DNA of 64,000 bases, taken from positions 33,728,001 to 33,792,000 of the forward strand of contig CM022671.1 of NCBI GenBank assembly GCA_012295275.1. Reading direction: 5' to 3'. The notes below the pieces were generated by a model that saw only the letters and a program-made list of their open reading frames with translations, was not told where the DNA came from and made no database searches. The DNA is from Chrysomallon squamiferum (Eukaryota > Animalia > Mollusca). Positions 50,678-64,000 of this stretch are shown here, piece by piece (position 1 is the stretch's first letter; each line of letters starts with the position of its first letter). The position numbers were made by a program, and so were the translations under genes.

Positions 50678-51609
50678 AAATAAATGAATAAATAAACTAT
50701 GCATAAAAATAAAATAAAATAAAATAAAATAAATGAAATGAAATTTTTTCTAAAATCACTTACTGTTCACGCCAAAGATCGGGACATTCTGCCATGACAA
50801 CAAGAACCGTTTTTAATCAGTTTACAGTTATATCGGAATGTGAAAGCGAAATGTCAGAAATAACACGCCATTTCCGGCAAAAGACGGTTTCGAAATTTCA
50901 TTTAACGATTATTTGATGTTAATATTCCAAAGACTTGTAAATTTCAATAGGTGTCCCTTTACATGTGTCACTTTCATAAATGTGAAAATTATTAACTTCA
51001 TAGAAAGTGTTTATCTATATTTTTGTTAAACTGTTTGTCTTTCTGCGTGTGTTTGTTTTGGGCACGTGGACGCTTAGAGAGAGAGAGAGAGATGATGGAT
51101 AGATGAAGGACAGAAAAATATGTGAACGTGTGCATACAGAGAGAGATTGATTGATGGATAAATAGATGAATGAACAGATATACATAAATATAGACAGATA
51201 AATATAAAAATAGACAGGGAGACAGGCAGACAGACGGATAGATAGACAGATACATACACACATATATATATTATAAATACATACATACTCACACATTATA
51301 TGTAGAAAAATGCACAAAGGTTTGCGTGTGTCTGTCTGTCCGAGTCCCATTATTTTGATCTGAAAGAGTTGATTATATAATTTTTAATATTCCCTAGACT
51401 ATGTGAATTATGCCCAGCTTAACAAAGTTCAAATTAATTATTGTAACAGCAGTTACACCTTTTGGAATGGGCTTCTATTTAAATTACTAGATACTTAACT
51501 GTTTTCAGTTAAGTGACTTGTACACGATTCATTACGTCATAGAGGAGTTAAATAACCCCCATCTAGTCTCTTTGGCGATGTCTGCCTGATTATTATTATT
51601 ATTATTATT

Positions 51610-51654
<45 letters not shown>

Positions 51655-52220
51655 ACTGTAGAACGGTTATAAAAAAATGTTTATTATCACACCTGTTTGA
51701 GAAAATAACTTTTGTTTTACTAGGCCAGTAAAATTTACGGCCAGTGAAATTTACTCGCAAGAATCCTGCAAGGATTGTCTCCCTTGTATTATTGCATTAT
51801 AAATTTTGAACACTCTCTCTCCATTCTTTCTCTCTTCCTGGTGAAAGAATAACCCATCGAAAAGTATTTTGGGGCTACCTTACACCTCTTATGGACCCGT
51901 AACTATATATAACAAAACATGGATTAAAAATATGTTAAATATATCGCTCCAATGCTCCAATCATTCTAACTTCAGAACTTGTTTTATTTATTTACTTGTT
52001 ATTTTAATGACACTACTTTTAAAATGTATTTATTAAAAAAACAAAAAAACAAACAAGATATATAATTCTCTACTATTTATTTATGTATTATTATTTGTCT
52101 TATTGATAATTAAACTCTCAGAAAAAAAACACATCATAATCATTTTCTAATAAAATATGGGCGTCGAGTAGCTGCGAATGTTGGGACTACTCACAACGTA
52201 CACAGAGAGTCTCAATCGAA

Positions 52221-52260
52221 CTCTCCCTCGTGCTTCCTTTTTCAATCAAAAATGGCGTCC
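52221..52260 (+). promoter_or_regulatory. Pyrimidine-rich (TCT/TOP-like) start region and YY1-like AAAATGGCG over the SSR4 ATG
   Basis: ctctccctcgtgcttcctttttc lies just 5' of aaaaATGgcg. Confidence 0.4.
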
Positions 52261-55200
52261 ACGTATAACATGCTTGTGGTTGTTGGCTTGTTTTTATTAC
52301 CGATATTGGTCACAGGTAATTAAATTTTCTTATCTGGTAAATTATAAACAGACCTTTTGGTTCGATACTACCTTCAGACGATCAACTTTAATCCATCTAT
52401 TTTTTAAATATTTATTTTTCATAAATACTCTGAAATGCCTGCGTGGCATATTCATCATTAACGTTCAGCGGTTCGTCATTCATGTTGATATTCAGTTCAT
52501 TTGATGTTCGTTGAACATGATGGGATCTGTGAAAGAAAATAGTTTACCAGCTATCAGATATGTCATAAAATCAGTTTGGAAACTACTTAAATATTTTAAC
52601 GATAATTATCATAGTTTTAATACATTAGTGATTATATAATACTATTAATACTAATAATAGATTATAATTATAGATTATAATTTATACAGTTTATGAGTTA
52701 GAATTCTTCAAGTTGTAAAAATATATAATAATAATGATAAATATCAAATATTAATTATCTTGCTTTTGGAAAATCAAAATGCATACAATAATACACCGTA
52801 CAGTAACTTAGTAAGCATAATAATTCATGTCTTGTAAATAATCTGAGTAACTGTAATTACTCATTTACTGCTGTTGGTATCCATAATAAGAAATATATAT
52901 AAAAATTAGCAATAGCTGATATTTAAAAAACCCCAGAAAACATAAGAACATAATTTATATACATAATTCTTTATTTTTAAAATTAGAATGTTTCTCCACT
53001 TCTCAATTTATTTTTTAATTATGTTTATTTGTTATTTGTTATTCCAGGAGATACGTGCTTGGCCCCACAAGTGAAGTTTCATACGTACACCACACCAGAA
53101 ATAACCGTCTCCTCAGAAACCATTTTTATTGTTGAGTTCACTTTAACATGTAGCAACGGACTACAGGTATGAATGCTATCAAATGTTTTCTACAGACACA
53201 CACTTCAGGTGGTATATTACAGATAAAGCTTAAGTTCCTTAAGTTAAGCTTTATCTGTAATTTACCAATAACCTATAAAATGCATTTTTGTCTTTGCTGC
53301 TTCCTGCCAGAATTTTTATACACACGCACACACACAAACATACATATACACAGAAACAAATACATGTATATTATATAATAATCAAAGATTAATTAATATT
53401 TAATTCACATATTTAATTAATAATTATTCAATATTTAATATTCATTTTTAAAAACTATGTGTTTTCACATAAATAGCATGAACTACAAATATACATAATG
53501 ATACAGTATTCTCTGTAAAATATTATAAATAATTTAATACGCTCAGTGGTATTATATATATATACAAAACACCTATCCATTATTTTTAATTTTAAATACT
53601 GTTAATAAATGAATATGTCTAATGTATTATACAGTGTTATAAGTTATCTATAACTTAATAAATTATAATTTAACCCACTGTATAATAATACTTTACTTTG
53701 ATATTTAAAAACTGTTTATAAATGAATATATCTACTATATTAAACTATTATAAATACAGTGTTACGAGTGTATAACTTAAGAAACTGTAATTCAAAAATT
53801 TATTTATTTTCAGAATCTGAACCTGCATGCAGAGATTGCTGGGAAAACAATCCCAGTAACCAAAATAGAAAGTAATCGTTACCAGGTTAGTGATACTTGA
53901 ATTTAAAATTAGAATATTTCTACAATGTAACAGTGAACTCTTGGTCACAAAAAGACTCCTCATAACAAAATAATGGCAAATTATGTTGTTATTTCTGTAG
54001 AAATATGAACGCTTGTGTACAGATTCTTCTGGTTTTAAAATTTTTAATCTTATAATAAGTTACAAAAAATAAAAAGAATTCATATTATTACATCAGAGAA
54101 AAACTTACCATAGTATTATACATCACTTGTAATCTTACTGATTGAGTGATATTTAATATATACTTTAAACTAAAGCAAGAAGTGTTTGCTGTTTTAATTA
54201 TTTTCAGTTTTACTTGTTTATTTACACTTTAAATACATATCAGTTGTGTTACTCAAATTCAGTTTCTTCTTTAGCTTATGAAACCAAATATCTAAACCTT
54301 TGAAATACTATTAATGTAAGTAAAGACAAATATTTTAATTTTCTTAATTTCTTTTTAATTTTTTAATTTTAGTGTTTACTAGTTGTTTATTTTTCTTTTT
54401 GTATGAGGTATAATATAATTTTATTTTACATCAATTACATGTAACAATATAATTATTAATTTTTCATTCAGGTGAGCATATCTGATGAGCACAAAAATTT
54501 GCCAGCTGGTTCATATCAAGTTAAAATTTATGATGAAGAAGGTTACACAGACTTGAGAAAGGTAAAAATTAAATCTCCTCAATGTTATTTATTTATTAAT
54601 TAAGATTAATATTATTTTTGAGAAACAAAATGTGTTATAAACAGTAATTCACCAAAAATGGTATTATTTAAATAAACTGTTGTCCTCATTTATGATTTTT
54701 ATTTGTTTTTATATTTTTATTTCATTTTACTATTATAATTATTAATTTATATAAAAATTTTTTTTTTAATTTATTATTTATTTATTTATTTGTTTACTTT
54801 ACAGGCACAAAGAAGTGGAGATCGTTCTGATGGTGTGAAGCCATTGACAACCATTCAACTTGAACATCACGTAAGTGTAAGAGTTATTTTACTGGGCCTT
54901 AAAAAACAAAGCAGAGATAAATATGTATTAAAAAGTATTAGATATCTCTAACAAAAAAAGCTGATTCATTTATAATGGTATAACATTATCATCTTATTAG
55001 ATCAAGATGATCAAAATTACCATTAAATTATATAATGAGTAGAAAATGTTGAAAAACCCCCTAAAAACCTAAAAATTTGGATATATAGTAAATTATGTCA
55101 TTTATATCGTAAAGGAAAAAAACTGATAACAAAAACAAAAATTTTGATAATGAAATTTTTAAACACCAGACTGTTATGTTGACTATTTATTCATTCAGAG

Positions 55201-55670
55201 TCTAATAAAAAATAAAAAATTGTTATGGTATTTTAGTGCTTTAAATTTTATTTTATATTTTGAATTCCTAAATTTATTCCTGAAAGAAAAGAAACGTTAT
55301 TAATACATTTATTTTACTGTGTATCTGGACTCCTTAAATCTGCAGAGACATTGATAAAAGAATAATAATATAAATGAATAATAATATATGTTTCTATGTG
55401 TCTATGTCTATGTCTATGTTGCATCTTTTATCTGTTTATCTGCCTATCTATCCCTATTTATCTGTAGCTATCTATACCTGCATTTATCCATCTATCTATC
55501 TTACTATATAGGTATTTAAAGAAACACTGATTTGCTAACTGGTTTATTTGTATTTTGTTTCACAGGGAGTATGGAAGGGACCTTTCCTTCAGAGTGAGTT
55601 TGTTGCTGCTATGACAGCTATTGTAGTCTGGTGGATGGCCTATACAGCCAAGACAAAACTTCAAGCATAA
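52252..55670 (+). CDS. SSR4: Translocon-associated protein subunit delta (TRAP-delta), 6 exons, 171 aa
   Basis: Exons 52252-52315, 53048-53166, 53814-53885, 54472-54561, 54805-54870 and 55566-55670 total 516 nt, all GT-AG. Signal peptide, CLAPQV..YTT..SSETIFIVEFTLTCSN, IPVT..RYQVS, YDEEGYTDLRKAQR, and C-terminal TM GPFLQSEFVAAMTAIVVWWMAYTAK match the family. Confidence 0.97.
52451..52524 (+). ncRNA. Irregular ~75-nt hairpin in SSR4 intron 1 (candidate small-RNA precursor)
   Basis: Helices uucaucau/augauggg, guucagcg/cguugaac, cguca/ugaug and aug/cau. Confidence 0.3.
53207..53274 (+). ncRNA. Near-perfect hairpin in SSR4 intron 2 (pre-miRNA-like)
   Basis: attacagataaagcttaa (53216-53233) pairs perfectly with ttaagctttatctgtaat (53244-53261) around a 10-nt loop. 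The stem is extended by tggta/tacca after one mismatch. Confidence 0.4.
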
Positions 55671-55707
55671 AACATCATTCCATGTTAAATCATTTTATTA
55701 TTTAAGC

Positions 55708-55713
55708 AATAAA
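55708..55713 (+). terminator. Poly(A) signal of SSR4
   Basis: AATAAA 37 nt after the stop codon, followed by a GU/U-rich tract. Confidence 0.7.
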
Positions 55714-56622
55714 CTCATGTGTGTTTTTTTTTTTAAATATGTATTTTTTATATTTCTTTATGTGGAATGTTGTATAATTCAAAATCAAATAGATATCAAT
55801 CGTAAAACAAACAACAGCAAGAAAAACCTATCGAAATTTCACAGAAATTATTGTTTAATATTCTGTAAAGATATTTTCTATGTATAAACTTAAAACTTAA
55901 CTTTAAAATATTATTTTATTGGAATCTCCAAATCCTATGGTATTAAAAGAAATTATACCATTAAAGAACAATTTTTTGAAACAAGGGACGTAATTCTTGT
56001 TGACTTGAGGAACAAATTGCATTAAAATAGTCTGTGACTGCATTAATATGTACAATCTGAAAGGTTACAAAGTTTTAACTTCTTAAAGCATATAATTATG
56101 TATTTTTGAAAAAAAAAAAAAAAAGATTGTCTTGAATTATTTTATTATTTATGGGAATGTAACACTAGAACTTTATTAGTAATAATAGTACTAATATTTT
56201 TGTTATTATTAAAAATACATTATACTCACATGAATATCAGTTAGTTGTAATGTGCAAATACGAAACTAATAACTTTTCTATCAAACTGAATGAAAATGTT
56301 AATGTAATTCAAATAGCAGAAGCACGTCTGTGTGTGTTCAGAAAATCAAATATCCAGATTGCCTGAAGAATTCAAAATAGCATAAATATTAATAACAGCA
56401 ATGTGAAATTATAAATGTATTTTAGATTTACTGTGATGAACCTCAGATTAAGCTTGTGTTGCTGTGATAGTATAGAGGCATCATTATCAGTGCATAATAA
56501 TAAATAGTAGAGAGAGAGAGAGAGTGATTGAGAATGAGCAGACTTTTCGGTGGGTTCAAATGTTGGTAAATTCTAGAGTATTTCCCAGATTTTGTCAAGA
56601 TTTTCTGAATTGGAAGTTCAGA

Positions 56623-56657
<35 letters not shown>

Positions 56658-56969
56658 CTGGTGAACCAACAACATTCAACACGAGAATTACACGACATTG
56701 TTTCAGATAAGCAGAACAGTAACATTTTATCAGACTGCTTACAACACAATGTTCAACATTTCCAGTTAAGATTATTCCAGTTAATGAATTGTGTTGACTA
56801 AAAATCAAGTTATTTACCTGATAAAGGCGTTTATTTATTTATTTCTTATTAACAACGCCTTGGGTTGCAGACAGATTCGATTTTTAATCAAGGATCCTGT
56901 TCCAATCAACATTTCCAACAAATGTTTCTTCACGTAACGATGAAGTGTCGCAAAAATTCCTGTACATTT

Positions 56970-57699
56970 CCAGCCAATAAAAAGCTTAAATCAGCGTCAC
57001 AATTTAGCTAATGAAAATGTTATAAAGGATAATTACAAATTCATGGCTCCTGAGGGGTTTCTGTCTGGAAGTGTCGGATAAGAAAATCAATTGTAGAGAA
57101 AGAAGCAGACGACATTTGCATGCATCGCAGACGAGCAGATACCGTCAGAAATGTCGTGAAATAATTTTCTACTTTTGTGCTCGAGAAAATTCGTTTTACC
57201 TAATAAAACGTCAGTCGTGAATTCATATATGTTTTAGCAAAGGATTTCCAAGAATTTGCGTGCCAGACATATATCGATAGCAATTTTATTTTCATCTTTC
57301 GTGTTCATACCGTCTTCTAGCATGATAAAAGTATATTTAAATTTAGACTGTTATTTTTTATGCGTATTTCGGGAGAAAATAAAGATGAAAAAAGACTATT
57401 TTTGTTGAATTCGACTAAATTATGACACTGATGCTTCAATGAGGATCGTCTCGTCTTCTGACGGCGAATCAAACACGTCAAGTCCACATGGAGAGTAAAC
57501 CCGATCGATCAGTCAGTTTGGTCGCGAGAGCGATTGTGCGGAAAGTAAGAACGTTTGTTCATCGGTTGTAAGGTACTTGTTCTGCAGGTACGACTCCAGT
57601 ATTAATAGCCACGTTGCACCGTTCACACGGGATCAACATTATTTCGCTGTACACAGGAGTCAGCGCAGCGTGTCCGACTGTTACCAGTTCATTGTTCAG
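56970..57699 (+). promoter_or_regulatory. Candidate promoter and long 5'UTR first exon of a downstream gene
   Basis: CCAAT at 56974, TATAAA at 57021 and ETS-like ggaagtg at about 57066, then a CpG-rich stretch ending in donor CAG|gtaggc at 57700. No recognisable coding exon in the rest of the window. Confidence 0.4.
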
Positions 57700-58501
57700 G
57701 TAGGCAGAGCAATACGTTATCATTATTTATTTATTTATTTATTTTTTTATTTTTTTAGTTTTAAGTCTCGTTTTTATATAGAGGAAATACGCATTCTTAT
57801 TTGAAAATCCAAACCGAATAGAAAAAAGGAAATATAAATTTTGACGGCGTTTAATTATTAGAATGACAATTGTTACCTGCCACAAGCGTACAGAAAATGT
57901 AATGTTGTTTTAGTCTTTAATTTAACTGTTTTATACCTGGAAGTAAACACGTAAATATTTTCTTTTGTTTTTAAGTTTCTAGAAGAAATATATACTCATA
58001 TGAGAATAGAAATGGGAAACAAATATATTTTTACAACTTATAATTACAATTGCTATATGTCCTATATGGCGACAGAAAATATTATTATTTATTTTTATAA
58101 TGGTTTTACGCATGGAGGTAAACACAAAAATATTTCCTTTGTTTGAATTATACATACACAAACATACACTATACATATGTACATACAAACAAATATGCTG
58201 CAAAAACCGGAGTACAAATTTAAGTAAACGAGTGACTGTGTCTATGCGACAGCTTACTCAAGAGTCTTATAATTTCCATAAAAGATTAGCTTGGTGTGAT
58301 TTTCAGTGAGTTGCCAATTATTGTTTTCTGCGCCCGGTTTACTGTAAGCAGGAAATGTCTGATCAGCTTTGGTATGTTAAATCATTCACAAAGTATCACC
58401 TAGATTATATTTACTCCCAAAAAATACAGTTATATACAATCATAGTCATCTCCCACCCACACTTGTTTTTCTACGTATCTCAATCTGTCCTAAGTAGTTT
58501 G

Positions 58502-58586
<85 letters not shown>

Positions 58587-59489
58587 ATGTTGCATACACA
58601 TACATATACACAACAACATCCACCCACAGACGCATAAAAGAAAATTTCAAGTTTGAAACTCGTTCATCTGTAACACTGACATTTCATTCAACGTGTATCT
58701 AGCTATAAATTTATTTACTCATATGTGTAATACTCTGTTCTCTGACATATCAGTATCAGTATTACTCATCTTTCTCATTCCACTTCACCCTCATTGACAT
58801 GCACTGAGCATCCCATCAAGATTTTAATTTCCACCCAGCGTTCTGGAATTCCACAACAAAAGATTTGTCTTTGTAACTTCTGACCTTGTTAAGTTATGTT
58901 TGTTTACTTTACACTATAAAACAGTTCAGTGGGCTAAATATGTTATTTCTTTGTGAGGGTAACATACTGTTTACAAAAGATTTTATTTTTTATTTTTTAT
59001 TTTTTTATTAGAAAGGAACGTAAGGGCTCGGCTGTCCCACACGCGCGCTTTCATTCACTGAATCACGCCTCAGGCAGAACAAATAACTAATAATACACCT
59101 CATGAGACTTTCTTACTCAAACTCGTGGTGGTCGTTAAAATGTATATAAAGACATATGTGATTTGTTATTTTTTCTGTCTGTCGTGAAGCGACTCGAAAG
59201 TCTTAACAGAAGCGGTAAGAAAAATATATTTCAGATACAAATAGTCCATTATAGCGGCTATCCAAAATACGTTTTTCCTTTTGGAATTTGAACCAACATA
59301 TTCTGTACGTCTGATTAAGGTATGTGTTATTCGTGTTATACATTTATTTTATTTTATTTTATTTTATTTTATTTTATTTTATTTTATTTTATTTTATTTT
59401 ATTTTATTTTTTTATTTTATTTTATTAATTTTTTTTTCTGTTTCTGTAATTTGTGGCATCTTTGGATGACATATCTTAAGATATAATTT

Positions 59490-59624
<135 letters not shown>

Positions 59625-59629
59625 CCTCC

Positions 59630-59693
<64 letters not shown>

Positions 59694-62037
59694 CCTCCTG
59701 TCCCTCCCTCCCTCTCTGACTTTTAATTTCTCAGTGTCATAATCTAATATTTATTCTGTTCAAAGCACACACTCTCACGCACGCACACACACAGACAGAC
59801 ACACAGACATGGATTAAACAGTTATTTCATCGAAAAGACACATTCACATATTCACGTGCTATAAAAGTGATAGGTCTGCAGCTCGAGGTTATTGAGTTGT
59901 TAGGCGCTGGGTCGATCTGACTCGATAATCACTTTCCGATCTTCTTTACCAAAGCTCTGTTGCTAATACGAAGTATAGCTTATAGCGATCAACCTTTGTT
60001 TGTGACTCTTCTGACCCTGTGTCACATGTACCCAGTATTCGACAGTAGCCGACAGACATAGTTCAATTCTTTTGTTGTTAAATTCCTTTATCTTTACTGT
60101 CTATAATAGTTTGACACGCTTGGCATAATGGCGAAGTTTCGAAATCAGTCTGCTATTCATAACTACACAGTTAATATAACAAATATGTATTAGTCGTGTA
60201 TTTAGGGAAAGTTGCAGTTATAATCGGCTTGTGTTAAATAACGGATAAACATTAGGGTAATGTCTGGTAGGTTCTGTGTTCGAATCTTAGAAGCTTTTTT
60301 ATTCTTGCTTGTTTCCGAAGACGTGTAAAAAGCGATTCATCTTTACTTCTTTCTTTTTTTATATATTTTTTTTTTTTTTTTTTTTAAATTTTATTTTTAT
60401 TATTTTATTGTATTATTATTATTTTTTTTAACATTTTATTTTATTTTATTTATGTTTTTATTTTATTTTATTTATTATTATTTTTTCACCTAGTGTAGCA
60501 AGGTCTGTAAAATGAAATATAAAACTAAGTGTGTGGATAATCAACATTAAGTCAACGAGTCCAAAAAAAAAAAAAAAAAAAAAAAAACAACAGAGGAGGG
60601 AATAAAGAATGTTCAGCATAATTTCATGATTTATACGCACCAACTTTCAAACCATTAACTTAACCAGTACGCCACAAAAAGTGGATTCATTCAGAATTTA
60701 TTAACAAGGAAGTCAATAAACATACATCATGATGTTTACGCGGAAACAGGCAGACGTAAACGATGTTTGGTCTCGCTGGACTGTGGTCAGTCAATAACAA
60801 GACTCTGGACAAGACGTATGGGTCAAGTCTCTTGGACATTAAGTCAGACACCCTCTAATTAACGTTAACGTTACAGAGTCCCAGCCTCTCATCAGCAGGT
60901 TATTGAGAAATGTCTGTGGGTGTAGCTACTCTTGTCATATACGGAGAAGGGTGGGGTTAATGATACCAGGGATCGATTGATTCCAAATTTATAATATTGT
61001 TCGTTTTGTACTCACATACAGAGTTAACTATTTTTTCTATTGTTTTTTCACATGGCCTGTTTTCTTTAATGATTCTGTTCTTTTCATTCTTTCTTTTTCT
61101 TTTTATCTTTCTTTCTTTCTTTTCTTGTTACTGCTATTACTGATACTAATAAATGCTGCTATTACTACAATCATTACAACAACAACTACTGCACCTACGT
61201 CTGCTACTACTACAACAACAAGTACGATTACTGCTACTAATACTAATACTACTACAACTACTACTACTAACAAAAACAATAACAACAACAACCAAAAAAG
61301 CAAAGAAATAAACAAGCAAATAAAAAATAAATAAATAAATAAAACTGAAATGAAACAAGTAACAAATAAAGCTTGACATATCACGATACGAAACCATTTA
61401 TTTGACAACTGCTGACTTTGTTTTAAGACTGTAATGGATTTATGATGTAAAAAGAACAAAACTTGTTTGATAAATTATTGATATTCTATAATCGCACCCA
61501 CAACCGTCTCTTGTTTCAGCACGAGAAAGAAAGAAGTAAAAACAAGCTAATGTACTTTTATGTCTTGTCGAACGTTATTACAACTGAAGCGAAAAATATA
61601 TCTTTTTATGAGTTTATATTTGATTGGTGTGTAAAAAGTGACAATTTTTCTTCATAAATATTTCAGTTGTTCATGATTTATGATTTACATGGGATCATCC
61701 ATATATATACAGACACACATATCATACATATATATATATATCTATATATATTCAGACTAATTATCGAACTGTATCCTTTGTGAACATCTTACATATAAAC
61801 AGTTTTGAAACATACAACAAATAGGTTTGTTTTAACTAAACATAGTATGTAATTGCAGCAAGCACACTATGACTTATTGACATTATCAGCAACCATCCAT
61901 TTCATACCCTACTTATTTACACTTGAACCTTTTTCCCATTCTGGGTTGAATTCTCTGGCAGTGCTTCTCAAAAAGACATAAAATATTATTCCCTCTCAAA
62001 AGATACAGTCGAGTTGTTCCATTCCTCTATCAGAACT

Positions 62038-62079
<42 letters not shown>

Positions 62080-62604
62080 AAATGGATTAATACACTGAAC
62101 TTTTTATGAACACGAAAGTATTTACTATGGAAGTTTAAATTTCCAGTATTCTACGACTGAAAATTAATCAAACTATTAAAATTTGAACAAAACACAATTA
62201 CTTGTCCATGTTATGTTTCAAAATAATGAATAGATATACACTCAGGGAAGATGTTTTCTTCTGATAATTCTTATATGTATTTACGTACTCATGTACTTGA
62301 AACCTCGTTCATGTGAACGAACCCGTTATCAGTTTGTAACGAAAATGATTCAATTTCGTTTTTTCCGTTATATTTAATTTTTTTGCGATGTTTCGTGAAA
62401 GGAAATTGACTGAGCAATGTTTTATTACGTTTGTTTTAAGAATTATTGATCAAGAAAAACCTAACTTTTCTAATAAATAAAACTTATGTGTCTGAATCAA
62501 GAGAACAGAGAAGAAAAAAAAAAAAGATAGAAAGAAAATCAATGTTTAAATTTATTTATTGTTAAAACCTCAATATTTTGCAGGAAAGATAGATATATAG
62601 ATAA

Positions 62605-62666
<62 letters not shown>

Positions 62667-63855
62667 ATTAAAAAAAACTAATAATATACTCTTGCGTTTA
62701 TATCGGCGCAAACTGCTTTTGAAAATTAGATTAGAAGTTGCTGAAGTGAACAAATCAAATAATGTTTAAATTTTATTTTTAGCTTTTTAAATCCAAACAA
62801 ACAAAAATACAATCGTCAGCATAAACGCGATAAAATCAGAGAAATTTAATTTTATCATATATTGATGTCTAGACGAATATTTCATAATTTTATTACACGT
62901 GCCGGTACATTTCATATTCAGAATTCGTTCCAGAAATAGACTATTTTATCTGTAATCTGACATCGCTTTGTTTATTGCGGTCGATGTCATCACAGCGAGT
63001 GAAATTAATTACTCTGAAAGGAAATCGATTGGTGTGTCTGAAACATGACGTAATGACGGTCTACAGTGTATTTTTATCTATTTTTAGAATGTTGTCGTCT
63101 GTACAATGTCGAGTTCAAATCTCTTTCTTGGATTTTAATATTTTATTTATTTTAAAATAAATATAAAGAAGAAAACAGAGTTGATAACAAAATAGTTAAT
63201 GAAAATAAATAATTTAATAAAAAGAATAAGAACAAAAAAAACACACCAAATAGAAGTAGAAGAAAAAAAATTAAAAATTAAAAAAAAGACCAACGTAAAA
63301 CACAACAAAAACCAAAACCAGGCAGAAAACATATAAAAGAAGAAAAAATATGGGAGGGATGTAGATAGAGAAAAAGAAAAGAGTATCTCTCTGGGTCAGG
63401 GATTACGATTTTCCTCTGTGTTTGGCTACTTACTTTGTTTAATTAGTGTGTGTCGCTTTCACATGCTGCCAGGTAGAGTATTACTGTGACAGGTATATCC
63501 TGGAAACACGACGCTGGGGATAGGCGTGGCACTGGCATCTTACCCACAGTTCCTGTATCTTTTTGTATGGTACACCAGTCTAGAGCTCTTTTTTTTTTTC
63601 TTTCTTTATTTATTTATAAATATCATCGTCATTATTATTTTTACTGTGTAGATCTAAACAGAAGTTATATATTTAATTGGAAAATCGATTACTAGGTAAA
63701 TGTAATTAAAATAAATTAGTTTCTCTCTTGAAATATTTATTTCTGTGTCTGTATAAATGAACCTTGCATGAAATCTATTTGCTGACATGCAAAGCAAACT
63801 ATTTAATTATATAAAATAATTAATTTCTTCTTCTTCTTCATCATCATCATCATCA

Positions 63856-63892
<37 letters not shown>

Positions 63893-63916
63893 TACTACTA
63901 CTACTATTACTATTAC

Positions 63917-63952
<36 letters not shown>

Positions 63953-64000
63953 CATCATCATCAAGTAGTATTAGTAGTAGCTGTTGTTGCTGTTACTATT

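Overview
AT-rich, microsatellite-dense eukaryotic DNA with GT-AG introns. It looks like an invertebrate, possibly a mollusc (inferred from repeat content and gene style only). Almost all ORFs in the supplied track are translated simple repeats. I reconstructed three spliced genes by hand. (1) A 10-exon GhrA-like D-2-hydroxyacid (glyoxylate/hydroxypyruvate) reductase on + (3170-9092). Its splice sites and frame are intact, but an in-frame TGA sits at the catalytic Arg (NIG*G), and TPH reads TLH. (2) A minus-strand gene with a CARD-like death-fold and about 11-12 ribonuclease-inhibitor-type LRRs but no NACHT domain. Its body is one 2.1-kb exon (12263-14394), joined across a ~27-kb intron to a first coding exon (MGDTLSC..., 41490-41604), with several candidate alternative phase-1 first exons. 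(3) SSR4/TRAP-delta on + (52252-55670, 6 exons, 171 aa), with two pre-miRNA-sized intronic hairpins. The window also holds minisatellites, a tRNA-derived SINE, local duplications and a probable uORF-rich first exon of a fourth gene near 57 kb. I found no rRNA, intact tRNA or CRISPR array. All exon joins are inferred from sequence, not from transcripts.
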